A stretch of 64,000 nt of DNA from positions 5,928-69,927 of the forward strand of contig JAFWZS010000079.1 of the NCBI GenBank assembly GCA_017522205.1, given 5' to 3'. The position numbers and the translations under genes are program-made. The notes beneath the pieces were generated by a model. The model ran no database searches and had not been told where the DNA came from. It saw nothing but the letters and a program-made list of their open reading frames with translations. Position 1 is the first letter of the stretch, and every line of letters starts with the position of its first letter. This document shows, piece by piece, positions 9,759 to 17,436 of this stretch. This stretch comes from Clostridia bacterium. Lineage in GTDB: Bacteria > Bacillota > Clostridia > Oscillospirales > Acutalibacteraceae.

Positions 9759-9971
9759 AGAGTTAAAAGTGGAAAGTTGAAAGTTAAAATAAACCCTTCC
9801 ACCGCTAAAGCGGTCCCCCTTTTCCTCCGGAAACGGGCACCCTTTTGTCTGCTTCGCAGACATTTCCTCTATTAGGGGAAGTACCTTTCAGGGACGGCAA
9901 GGCTAAGGTTATATGATTTTAACGCTTCCTCCGATTGTAGTCGTTTTGAAACCATCTCAACTTAAAACAAC
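9759..9971. repeat. palindromic element, copy B (variant with core motifs in permuted order)
   Basis: Left arm agagttaaaagtggaaagttgaaagttaaaataa and a degenerate right arm ttttgaaaccatctcaacttaaaac. It shares cttcgcagac, cctttcagggacggcaag and ctccgattgtag with copy C, but in a different order. Confidence 0.55.
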
Positions 9972-10012
9972 AGTCCGCCGAGGAGTTAATCTCATTCGGC
10001 GGACTTTCTTTT
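9972..10012 (-). terminator. hairpin terminator (usable in both directions)
   Basis: agtccgccg ...16 nt... cggcggact, with T-runs on both sides. Confidence 0.5.
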
Positions 10013-10018
10013 GAATGA

Positions 10019-10354
10019 TTATTTCTTAAGGAACTTAAACAGTGAAGCAAACCATCTGAACAATGCAGTAAGGAAGCTCAAAAGGGTTTTCGGTTCGTCG
10101 GTTCTGTTGTCGGCTTCTTCTGATGCTTCCCATTTTTCTGTGTGGCAGTTTTCCTCTGTCATTTTAGCCATTGTGTCGGTGTCATCTTTATTTACGCCGT
10201 CATTGAACATACTTCTTATGTGGAAAAGCTTATTTCCCTCAGCGTCGTACATAGGCTCACCGTCACCGAGAATACGGATAACGGGAATCTGGCTTCTTGA
10301 TGATTCAGGATCAAAACCTGTTGCAAACGCAGGAATTACTGAAGAAAAAAGCAT
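10019..10354 (-). CDS. small secreted protein (hypothetical); start codon uncertain
   Basis: The ORF continues in frame upstream as KIKKLISVLLVVL-MLFSSVIPAFA, a complete signal peptide, but no ATG/GTG/TTG precedes it. See findings. Confidence 0.45.
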   Translation of the reverse strand: MLFSSVIPAFATGFDPESSRSQIPVIRILGDGEPMYDAEGNKLFHIRSMFNDGVNKDDTDTMAKMTEENCHTEKWEASEEADNRTDEPKTLLSFLTALFRWFASLFKFLKK

Positions 10355-10476
10355 TAATACAACAAGTAAAACAGATATAAGTTTTTTTATTTTATGTTAC
10401 CACCTTTCTATTTCAGGATTTTAACATATTTTACCTGCTTTGTCAGTTTAAAAAGGTCGAGATGGCTTAAATGAAC

Positions 10477-10519
10477 AATGAATAGTACAAAAAGAAAAAG
10501 TCACACTTTCGTGCGACTT
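10477..10519. repeat. 43-bp direct repeat, left copy (duplicate of tRNA-Arg terminator region)
   Basis: aatgaatagtacaaaaagaaaaagtcacactttcgtgcgactt, identical to 11070-11112. Confidence 0.9.
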
Positions 10520-10874
10520 ATTTCTCGTTATTTTTAGCAGTATTAATCGATGAAATCAACATTCGTTTTATTTGAAGGCAATCATTAAGCAAGGACTGGC
10601 CTTCTTTTGCTGATATATATTCAGACATAACAAGTAGTTTTAGCCAGTATTCCGTTTCGGCAGTTTCTTTTAACGCTATGTGCATTTTTGCAATAAAATC
10701 AGCTCTGCTTTGTCCGTAATTGCCTTCGTTTATATTTGCACCAATACTTGTTCCGCTTCGAACAATCTGTTTTGAAATAATTGTTTCTTTATGGTTTTTT
10801 ATGAGATATTTATGTAGCTTTATGATTCTTGAGGCGAAGTAAATTGATTTGTCAATTAAAGCGTTCTCTTTCAT
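10518..10874 (-). CDS. four-helix-bundle protein (23S rRNA intervening-sequence protein / Avd-like family)
   Basis: Hallmark RSGTSIGANINEG...S.ADFIAKMHIALKETAETEYWLKLL; 118 aa. Confidence 0.85.
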   Translation of the reverse strand: MKENALIDKSIYFASRIIKLHKYLIKNHKETIISKQIVRSGTSIGANINEGNYGQSRADFIAKMHIALKETAETEYWLKLLVMSEYISAKEGQSLLNDCLQIKRMLISSINTAKNNEK

Positions 10875-10971
10875 GCGACCAACTCCTTTTTTTACATAAT
10901 AACATAAAAAGCAAGTTAAATCAATCGGTCTGTGCGGACTGTAACTGACTCAATCCACAATGCTGAAGCGC

Positions 10972-11078
10972 CATTATTCATTATTCATCAGCGAAGCGGC
11001 TTCATTATTCATTATTCATTAAGAAAAGTCGCAAGAGTACGAATGAATAATGAATGATGAATAATTAATAATGAATAG
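10972..11078. repeat. ATTCATT-heptamer arm set (two cattattcattattcat units plus inverted gaatgaataatgaatgatgaataattaataatgaatag)
   Basis: 10972-10988 and 11003-11020 are complementary to 11041-11078. The spacer contains a GCTTCGC motif also seen in the hexamer-arm elements. Confidence 0.7.
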
Positions 11079-11112
11079 TACAAAAAGAAAAAGTCACACT
11101 TTCGTGCGACTT
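11070..11112. repeat. 43-bp direct repeat, right copy (includes the tRNA-Arg terminator hairpin)
   Basis: Identical to 10477-10519. The hairpin agtcacac-tttc-gtgcgact plus a T-run on the minus strand lies directly 3' of the tRNA. Confidence 0.9.
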
Positions 11113-11119
11113 TTCTTTT

Positions 11120-11196
11120 TGGCGCGCTGTAAGGGACTCGAACCCCTGACCTACTGGTTCGTAGCCAGTCACTCTATCCAGCTGAGCTAACAGCGC
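11120..11196 (-). tRNA. tRNA-Arg (anticodon ACG)
   Basis: The reverse complement GCGCTGTTAGCTCAGCTGGATAGAGTGACTGGCTACGAACCAGTAGGTCAGGGGTTCGAGTCCCTTACAGCGCGCCA folds as a cloverleaf. The anticodon loop is CT-ACG-AA and CCA is encoded. Confidence 0.9.
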
Positions 11197-11214
11197 ATTT
11201 TTTATTGCCAAAGT

Positions 11215-11243
11215 ATATTATCACAAATGCTTCGCCTTGTCAA
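11215..11243 (-). promoter_or_regulatory. sigma-A promoter of tRNA-Arg
   Basis: TTGACA-17 nt-TAATAT on the minus strand, about 20 nt upstream of the tRNA 5' end. Confidence 0.6.
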
Positions 11244-11296
11244 GACTAAAAATGAAAAAATCCTCTTGCCTTTTAAAAATATTATTGTATTACTAT

Positions 11297-11325
11297 TTGC
11301 CTTTGCGGTTATTTTATGGTATAAT
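11297..11325 (+). promoter_or_regulatory. sigma-A promoter candidate for ABC-F gene
   Basis: TTGCCT-17 nt-TATAAT. Confidence 0.5.
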
Positions 11326-11358
11326 TAGCCGATAATGACTTTAAAGGATGTGAACAGT

Positions 11359-12960
11359 ATGATAAGCACCAACAATGTAACTCTTCAGTATGGCGGAAGA
11401 GAGCTTTTCAAAAGCGTTTCAATTAACTTCACAAAAGGCAACTGCTACGGCCTTATCGGTGCAAACGGTGCAGGCAAATCAACCTTTCTTAAAATACTTT
11501 CAGGTGAAATCGAACCTAACAAGGGCTATGTTACAATCACTCCGGGTGAAAGACTTTCTGTTTTAAAGCAGGACCACTTTGCCTATGACGAATACAGCGT
11601 AATACGTACCGTGCTTATGGGCAATCCTAAGCTTATTGAAATTATGGATGCCAAGGAAGAGCTTTACGCAAAAGAAGAATTCACAGAGGAAGACGGTATC
11701 AGAATCAGTGAGCTGGAAGAGGAATTTGCCGAAATGGACGGCTGGAGTGCTGAAAGTGATGCAGAAATTCTCCTCAACGCTCTTGGTATTCACAACGAAT
11801 TCCACTACAGTCTTATGAGTGAACTTGACGGTGACCAGAAGGTTAAGGTGCTTCTTGCTCAGGCTCTTTTCGGAAATCCCGACATTCTTCTTCTTGACGA
11901 GCCTACCAACCACCTTGATGTTGCGGCAATCAACTGGCTTGAAGAGTTCCTTATGAACTTTGAAAATACGGTTATCGTAGTCAGCCACGACAGACATTTC
12001 CTCAACAAGGTCTGCACACATATTGCTGACTGCGACTTCGGTAAAATCACCATGTATGTGGGCAACTACGATTTCTGGTACGAATACACCCAGATGGCTC
12101 AGAGACAGCTTCGTGAGCAGAACAAAAAGGCTGAGGCAAAGAAAAAAGAGCTTCAGGAATTCATTGCACGGTTCAGCGCCAACGCTTCAAAATCAAAGCA
12201 GGCAACAAGCCGAAAGAAGCTTCTTGAAAGCCTTGTTATTGAGGATATGCCCGTTTCATCAAGACGCTTCCCCTTTGTAGAATTCAAGCCTGACAGAGAA
12301 ATCGGTAACGATATGCTCCTTGTTGAAGGACTTTCAAAAACCGTTGGCGACAGAAAAGTGCTTGACAACGTAAGCTTCACCATAAGACCAAACGAAAAGG
12401 TTGCTTTTGTGGGTACTGATGCCGTTGCAAAAACCACCTTCTTCAAAATTATTACAGGTGAGCTTGAGCCTGACGAAGGCTCATTCAAGTGGGGCGTTAC
12501 AACCTCACAGAGCTACTTCCCCAGCGACAATTCAGAATTCTTTGACGGAGTTGACGACAGCCTTATTGACTGGATAAGAAACTACTCAGACCTGCAGTTT
12601 GAAACCGACGTAAGAGGCTGGCTCGGCAGAATGATGTTCTCAGGTGAGGAAGCTACAAAATCTGCAAAGGTGCTTTCCGGCGGCGAAAGAGTGCGCTGTA
12701 TGCTTTGCAAAATGATGCTCAGCGGTGCAAACGTGCTTATTCTCGATGAGCCTACCAACCACCTTGACCTTGAGTCAATTACTGCTCTCAACAACGCTCT
12801 TATAAAGTTCAAGGGTGCTCTGCTCTTCACCTCTCACGACCATCAGTTCGTGCAGTCGATTGCAGACAGAATTATTGAGTTCAGACCTGACGGAATTTAC
12901 GACAAGAAAGAAACCTACGATGAGTTCCTTGAAAACAACGAGCTTCTCATTACCAAATAA
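11359..12960 (+). CDS. ABC-F family ATPase (YkpA/YbiT-like translation factor type)
   Basis: Two ABC cassettes (GANGAGKST, LSGGE..., LLLDEPTNHLD twice) joined by a charged linker, with no TM domain. The start is set at ATG 11359, after the AAGGA RBS and the -10 box. Confidence 0.85.
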   Translation: MISTNNVTLQYGGRELFKSVSINFTKGNCYGLIGANGAGKSTFLKILSGEIEPNKGYVTITPGERLSVLKQDHFAYDEYSVIRTVLMGNPKLIEIMDAKEELYAKEEFTEEDGIRISELEEEFAEMDGWSAESDAEILLNALGIHNEFHYSLMSELDGDQKVKVLLAQALFGNPDILLLDEPTNHLDVAAINWLEEFLMNFENTVIVVSHDRHFLNKVCTHIADCDFGKITMYVGNYDFWYEYTQMAQRQLREQNKKAEAKKKELQEFIARFSANASKSKQATSRKKLLESLVIEDMPVSSRRFPFVEFKPDREIGNDMLLVEGLSKTVGDRKVLDNVSFTIRPNEKVAFVGTDAVAKTTFFKIITGELEPDEGSFKWGVTTSQSYFPSDNSEFFDGVDDSLIDWIRNYSDLQFETDVRGWLGRMMFSGEEATKSAKVLSGGERVRCMLCKMMLSGANVLILDEPTNHLDLESITALNNALIKFKGALLFTSHDHQFVQSIADRIIEFRPDGIYDKKETYDEFLENNELLITK

Positions 12961-12984
12961 TATAGCACAAACAAGGAGATACCC

Positions 12985-13683
12985 ATGATATATGTAATCG
13001 GCGACATTCACGGCGACAAAGAAAAATTCGACTCAATGATGGAAAAGCTCAGTCCTACAGATAAGGACACCGTGTTTGTTCTCGGAGATGTAATTAACAT
13101 CGGCAACAGCTCAGTTGAGCTTCTTCAGGATATGATGTACAGAGCAAACGTCTATCCCGTTCTCGGCGAACACGAGTATATGGCAAAGAAAATTTTCCCT
13201 CTCATCTGCGGATTTTCAACAATCGATGAAGCAAAGGACAACCTTTCAGGTGAAGACAAAGAGCTTTTCCTTAAATGGCTCTCAATGAAAAGCGAAAAGA
13301 CAACCGAGGATTTCCTTTCTCTTGATGAAGAAGGAAAAGAGAGTATAATCGACTATCTTTCCGAATTCGAAGCATACGAAGAAATTTCTGCAGGAGGCAA
13401 GGATTTTGTTCTCTGCCACTCAGGAATTGACGGCTTCGAGGAAGATAAAGACCTTTCGGAATATGACGAAGAGGCTTTCGTTTATGCCGACACCGACTAT
13501 AACAGAATTTACTTCCCCGACAAGTATCTTGTAACGGGCCACACACCAACTGCACTTATTGACAGAATCCTTACGGGTAAGGTTTATTCAAAAAAAAGAC
13601 ACCTTGCAATTGACTGCGGCTGTGGTTACGGCGGAAGGCTTGCTGCCGTTTGTCTCGACAAGCTAAAGGTTTATTACATTTAA
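12985..13683 (+). CDS. metallophosphoesterase (Ser/Thr phosphatase-like)
   Basis: N-terminal IGDIHGD and LGDVIN motifs, GHT near the C-terminus. Confidence 0.7.
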   Translation: MIYVIGDIHGDKEKFDSMMEKLSPTDKDTVFVLGDVINIGNSSVELLQDMMYRANVYPVLGEHEYMAKKIFPLICGFSTIDEAKDNLSGEDKELFLKWLSMKSEKTTEDFLSLDEEGKESIIDYLSEFEAYEEISAGGKDFVLCHSGIDGFEEDKDLSEYDEEAFVYADTDYNRIYFPDKYLVTGHTPTALIDRILTGKVYSKKRHLAIDCGCGYGGRLAAVCLDKLKVYYI

Positions 13684-13715
13684 AATTATAGATGTATATA
13701 AAGGAGATGTGCAAA

Positions 13716-14891
13716 ATGTATGATTTCGATGTAATCAACGACAGAAGCAACACCAACTGCCTCAAATTCGACTTTGCAAAAGAAAATAATATGCCCGACG
13801 ACCTTGTTTCAATGTGGATTGCTGATATGGACTTTATGGCTCCCGAATGCATCTCTGATGCTCTCAGAGAATATGTGAACAAGGGAATTTTCGGCTACAG
13901 CGACCCCAAGGATGATTACTATGAGGTGGTTATTGCCTGGTTCAAAAAGCACTTTGACTGGGAAATTAAAAAAGAGTGGATTGTAAAAACTCCCGGTGTT
14001 GTTATTGCTCTCGCTCTTGCAGTAAGAGCTTTCACGGAAAAAGGCGACGCTGTAATTATTCAGCCTCCCGTTTACTATCCGTTCTATAATGTAATAAGAA
14101 ATAACGAAAGAAAAATCATTGAAAGTCCCCTTATCTATAAAGACGGTTCATACTCCATCGACTTTGAGGATTTTGAAAGCAAAATCAAGGAGAACAACGT
14201 AAAGCTCTTTATTATGTGCAGTCCTCACAACCCCGTTTGCAGAGTGTGGACAAAAGAGGAGCTTAAAAAGCTTGGTGAAATCTGCAAGAAGTACGGTCTT
14301 TATGTTGTTTCTGACGAAATTCACTGCGACTTCGTTTATCCCGGTTTTGTGCATACACCCTTTATGCTTGCCTGCCCCGAAATGGCAGACAGAACCGTTA
14401 TCTGCACAGCGCCCAGCAAGACCTTCAACATTGCAGGTCTTCAGATGTCAAACATCGTTATACCCGGTGAGGAAACAAGAGCTCTCTATGAAAAAGAGGT
14501 GCTTTCAGGCGGTCACACCTGCAGCAACGCCATGGGCATTATCGCTGCAAAGGCTGCTTATGAGGGCGGCGAAGAATGGTATAAGGAATGCTTCAGCTAT
14601 ATAAGAGGAAATCTTGACTACGTGCGCTCATTTGTAAACGAAAACCTTCCCGGAATCAAGCTCATTGAGCCTCAGGGTACATACTTTGCGTGGCTTGACT
14701 GCTCAGGTCTCGGTATGAATAAGGATGAACTTAACGAGTTCATCGTAAAAGAAGCTAAGCTATGGCTTGACGGCGGTCATATCTTCGGTGAAAGCTCTGA
14801 GCTTTTCCAGAGAATTGTACTTGCCTGCCCGAGAGCTACAATTGAAAAGGCGATGGAAAATCTCAAAAAAGCAGTGGACGGTTTAAAATAA
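13716..14891 (+). CDS. MalY/PatB-type PLP-dependent C-S lyase (class I/II aminotransferase fold)
   Basis: N-terminus DRSNTNCLKFDF and the SKTFNIAG lysine block. AAGGAG RBS precedes ATG 13716. Confidence 0.8.
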   Translation: MYDFDVINDRSNTNCLKFDFAKENNMPDDLVSMWIADMDFMAPECISDALREYVNKGIFGYSDPKDDYYEVVIAWFKKHFDWEIKKEWIVKTPGVVIALALAVRAFTEKGDAVIIQPPVYYPFYNVIRNNERKIIESPLIYKDGSYSIDFEDFESKIKENNVKLFIMCSPHNPVCRVWTKEELKKLGEICKKYGLYVVSDEIHCDFVYPGFVHTPFMLACPEMADRTVICTAPSKTFNIAGLQMSNIVIPGEETRALYEKEVLSGGHTCSNAMGIIAAKAAYEGGEEWYKECFSYIRGNLDYVRSFVNENLPGIKLIEPQGTYFAWLDCSGLGMNKDELNEFIVKEAKLWLDGGHIFGESSELFQRIVLACPRATIEKAMENLKKAVDGLK

Positions 14892-15059
14892 AAACAAATT
14901 TTGAATCGATGGTGTTTTCACAACACAAATTGTTAAAGTGTTGTTAACATAACTTCAAAACTGTTGACGACTTCGTGTAAAAGGGATAGTATAATAGGCG
15001 TAACGAAAAATGATAACTTTTCATTTTCATAGTTGCCTCATTCAAATTCCTTCAAAAGT

Positions 15060-15087
15060 CGTCGGCAGTTGCCGGCGATTTTTGTTT
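15060..15087 (+). terminator. terminator-like hairpin in the queH leader
   Basis: cgtcggc-agtt-gccggcg (7 bp including one G-U) followed by atttttgttt, 40 nt upstream of the queH start. Confidence 0.45.
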
Positions 15088-15126
15088 AGCAGGATTCATA
15101 TAATTAAGATAAAAGAGGTGAGCAAG

Positions 15127-15750
15127 GTGCGTCAGTATCAGAAAGAGCTTGACAGAATTATTGAAGAAAACGGAAAAAACGGCGTGGTGCCCTCTCTTCT
15201 TCTTCATTCCTGCTGTGCCCCTTGCAGCAGCTATTGTCTTTCCTATCTTTCAGAGTATTTCAGAATTACGCTTCTTTATTATAACCCCAACATCTATCCC
15301 GAAGAGGAATATTTCAAAAGGGTAGAGGAGCAGAAGCGACTTATAGGGGAGATGGATTTTAAAAATCCCGTCTCTTTTATAGAAGGAAGCTTCGACCCAA
15401 AAGAGTTTTACTCGGCGGTGAAGGGTCTCGAAAAATGCAAAGAGGGTGGAGAACGGTGCTTTAAGTGCTATGAGCTTCGTCTTCGTGAGGCGGCAGAATA
15501 TGGGAAAAAGGGCTCTTTTGATTACTTCACCACAACCCTTTCCATAAGCCCGCTGAAAAATGCGGCAAAGATAAACGAAATCGGTGAAAAGCTGGCTGAG
15601 GAATACGGTATCAGGCATCTGCCCTCCGATTTTAAAAAGAAAGACGGATATAAAAAAAGCACCCTTCTTTCAAGGGAGTACGGACTTTACCGGCAGAATT
15701 ACTGCGGCTGCGTATTTTCAAGGTCTGACTCAGATAATAATTCAGAATAA
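15127..15750 (+). CDS. queH: epoxyqueuosine reductase QueH
   Basis: LLLHSCCAPCSS, GGERCFKCYELRL, TTTLSISPLK and YRQNYCGCVFS blocks. GTG start after a GAGGTGA RBS (start uncertain). Confidence 0.8.
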   Translation: MRQYQKELDRIIEENGKNGVVPSLLLHSCCAPCSSYCLSYLSEYFRITLLYYNPNIYPEEEYFKRVEEQKRLIGEMDFKNPVSFIEGSFDPKEFYSAVKGLEKCKEGGERCFKCYELRLREAAEYGKKGSFDYFTTTLSISPLKNAAKINEIGEKLAEEYGIRHLPSDFKKKDGYKKSTLLSREYGLYRQNYCGCVFSRSDSDNNSE

Positions 15751-15781
15751 AAAAATTATATAAATATAAAGGAGAATTTTT

Positions 15782-16405
15782 ATGGCAACAATCAATGCAC
15801 AAAGAGACGACAACAAATCACTTTTCAGCATTCCCTACGGTTTATACCTTGTAACAAGCTCCCTTAAGGGAAAGCTTAACGGCCTTATTGTAAACACAGT
15901 TACTCAGATTACCAACACACCTAACCGTGTTGCAGTTACAATAAACAAAGCAAACTATTCCCACAGGATAATCAAGGAAACAGGTATTCTTAACGTAAAT
16001 TGCCTTACTACGGAAACCCCCTTTTCCATCTTCAAAAACTTCGGCTTTCAAAGCGGTGTTGACAAGGATAAGTTTGAGGGCATTTCCTACTCCCTCAGCG
16101 AAAACGGTCTGCCCGTGCTTAATGATTATGTAAATACATTTATCTCACTTAAGGTTACCGACTATGTAGACTTTGATACTCACGGAATGTTCATCTGCGA
16201 AATCACCGACAGCGGTATCATTAACGACAAGGAAACCGTAACCTACGGCTATTATCAGAAGAACATAAAGCCAAAGCCCGAAGAGAAAAAGTCAAAGGGT
16301 TATGTCTGCAAAATCTGCGGCTACGTGTATGAGGGAGAAGAACTGCCGGAGGACTTTATCTGCCCGTGGTGCAAGCATCCTGCATCAGACTTTGAGAAGA
16401 GATAA
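15782..16405 (+). CDS. flavin reductase domain fused to C-terminal rubredoxin
   Basis: C-terminus YVCKICGYVYEG...FICPWCKHP (two CxxC pairs) and an N-terminal flavin-reductase-like fold. Confidence 0.75.
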   Translation: MATINAQRDDNKSLFSIPYGLYLVTSSLKGKLNGLIVNTVTQITNTPNRVAVTINKANYSHRIIKETGILNVNCLTTETPFSIFKNFGFQSGVDKDKFEGISYSLSENGLPVLNDYVNTFISLKVTDYVDFDTHGMFICEITDSGIINDKETVTYGYYQKNIKPKPEEKKSKGYVCKICGYVYEGEELPEDFICPWCKHPASDFEKR

Positions 16406-16474
16406 AATATATCTTGCTTTTCTTTTGAAAATATAATAGAATAAAGGAAAGAAAAAACGGAAGGAAATATAATT

Positions 16475-17371
16475 ATGAAAACCTTTTACAAAAGCGTAAC
16501 AGAAGCCCTCGGCGATGAACTGACCAAAGCTCTTGCTATCGCACTTTGCATTATTCTTCTTTTCACAGGCGGTTATTTCACAGGAAGCATCACAAGCCCC
16601 AAGGCAGACGAGGACACCCCCGTTGTGAATGTTCCCGAAACCTCCCAGACAACAACACCCTCAACAGCGCCCACGACAGCTCCCACAACTGCTCCCACCG
16701 TTGCACCCTCAGAAAACGGTAATGAAGATGCAACAACCGCTCCCTCAGAAAACAAGGGTGCAATGACAACAGCTGAAATCGTAAAGCTTTATAACGACAG
16801 CGCAAACAAGGTTAAGACAAACGCTACAAAGGTTGTAAAAAATTATGAAGACAGAGAATTCAACACCGAAACCCTTGTTGTTCCCGGGGTTCTCAAGGGT
16901 CTTGTAAACACAATCGTTCCCAAGTTTATGGGTGATGATACCGAGCCTATCGAATATGTAGGCACAGATGCAATCAAGGAAAGCTTCATCGTTCCCGGTC
17001 AGGACTATGTAAGCGCACTTACAGAAGCTGATGTTGTTGAAGCTACCTGCACAGACAACGGCACGGAATATGAAATTATGATCAAGGTGAAGGACGAAAC
17101 CAATCCTGTTCCCGGAAAGGGCGTAGGTGCAGCCTTTGACGTAATTGAAACCGGCGACATCACATCAAGCGAATATGCAAGCATGCTTGAAAAGTTCGAC
17201 ACCAATTATTTCAACTGTGTTCTTAAGTGTAAAATTGACAAAGCCAGCGGAAATATGACCTGGGCAAACTATATGACACCCCTTCGTATGGACATCGTTG
17301 CAAACATGATGGGAACTCACAACGTTTCTGCAGAGATTTCATTTGAAAAGGATTATAATATTTTCTATTAA
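16475..17371 (+). CDS. membrane-anchored hypothetical protein with Thr/Pro linker
   Basis: N-terminal TM segment, TTTPSTAPTTAPTTAPT linker and an unassigned globular domain. Confidence 0.5.
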   Translation: MKTFYKSVTEALGDELTKALAIALCIILLFTGGYFTGSITSPKADEDTPVVNVPETSQTTTPSTAPTTAPTTAPTVAPSENGNEDATTAPSENKGAMTTAEIVKLYNDSANKVKTNATKVVKNYEDREFNTETLVVPGVLKGLVNTIVPKFMGDDTEPIEYVGTDAIKESFIVPGQDYVSALTEADVVEATCTDNGTEYEIMIKVKDETNPVPGKGVGAAFDVIETGDITSSEYASMLEKFDTNYFNCVLKCKIDKASGNMTWANYMTPLRMDIVANMMGTHNVSAEISFEKDYNIFY

Positions 17372-17436
17372 GCAAAAAACGGCCAATTTCCCTGCGGATC
17401 TTGGCCTTTTTGATATTAATTTTACGGAGATGAGAA

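Noticed and set aside
10518-10874. Four-helix-bundle genes (also 29959-30357) as Avd components of a diversity-generating retroelement
   Set aside because: No reverse transcriptase, template/variable repeat pair or target gene is present nearby or anywhere in the window.
14964-15126. preQ1 riboswitch upstream of queH
   Set aside because: No match to the compact preQ1-I hairpin plus A-rich ACUA tail or to type II/III features. Only a generic terminator-like hairpin can be supported.
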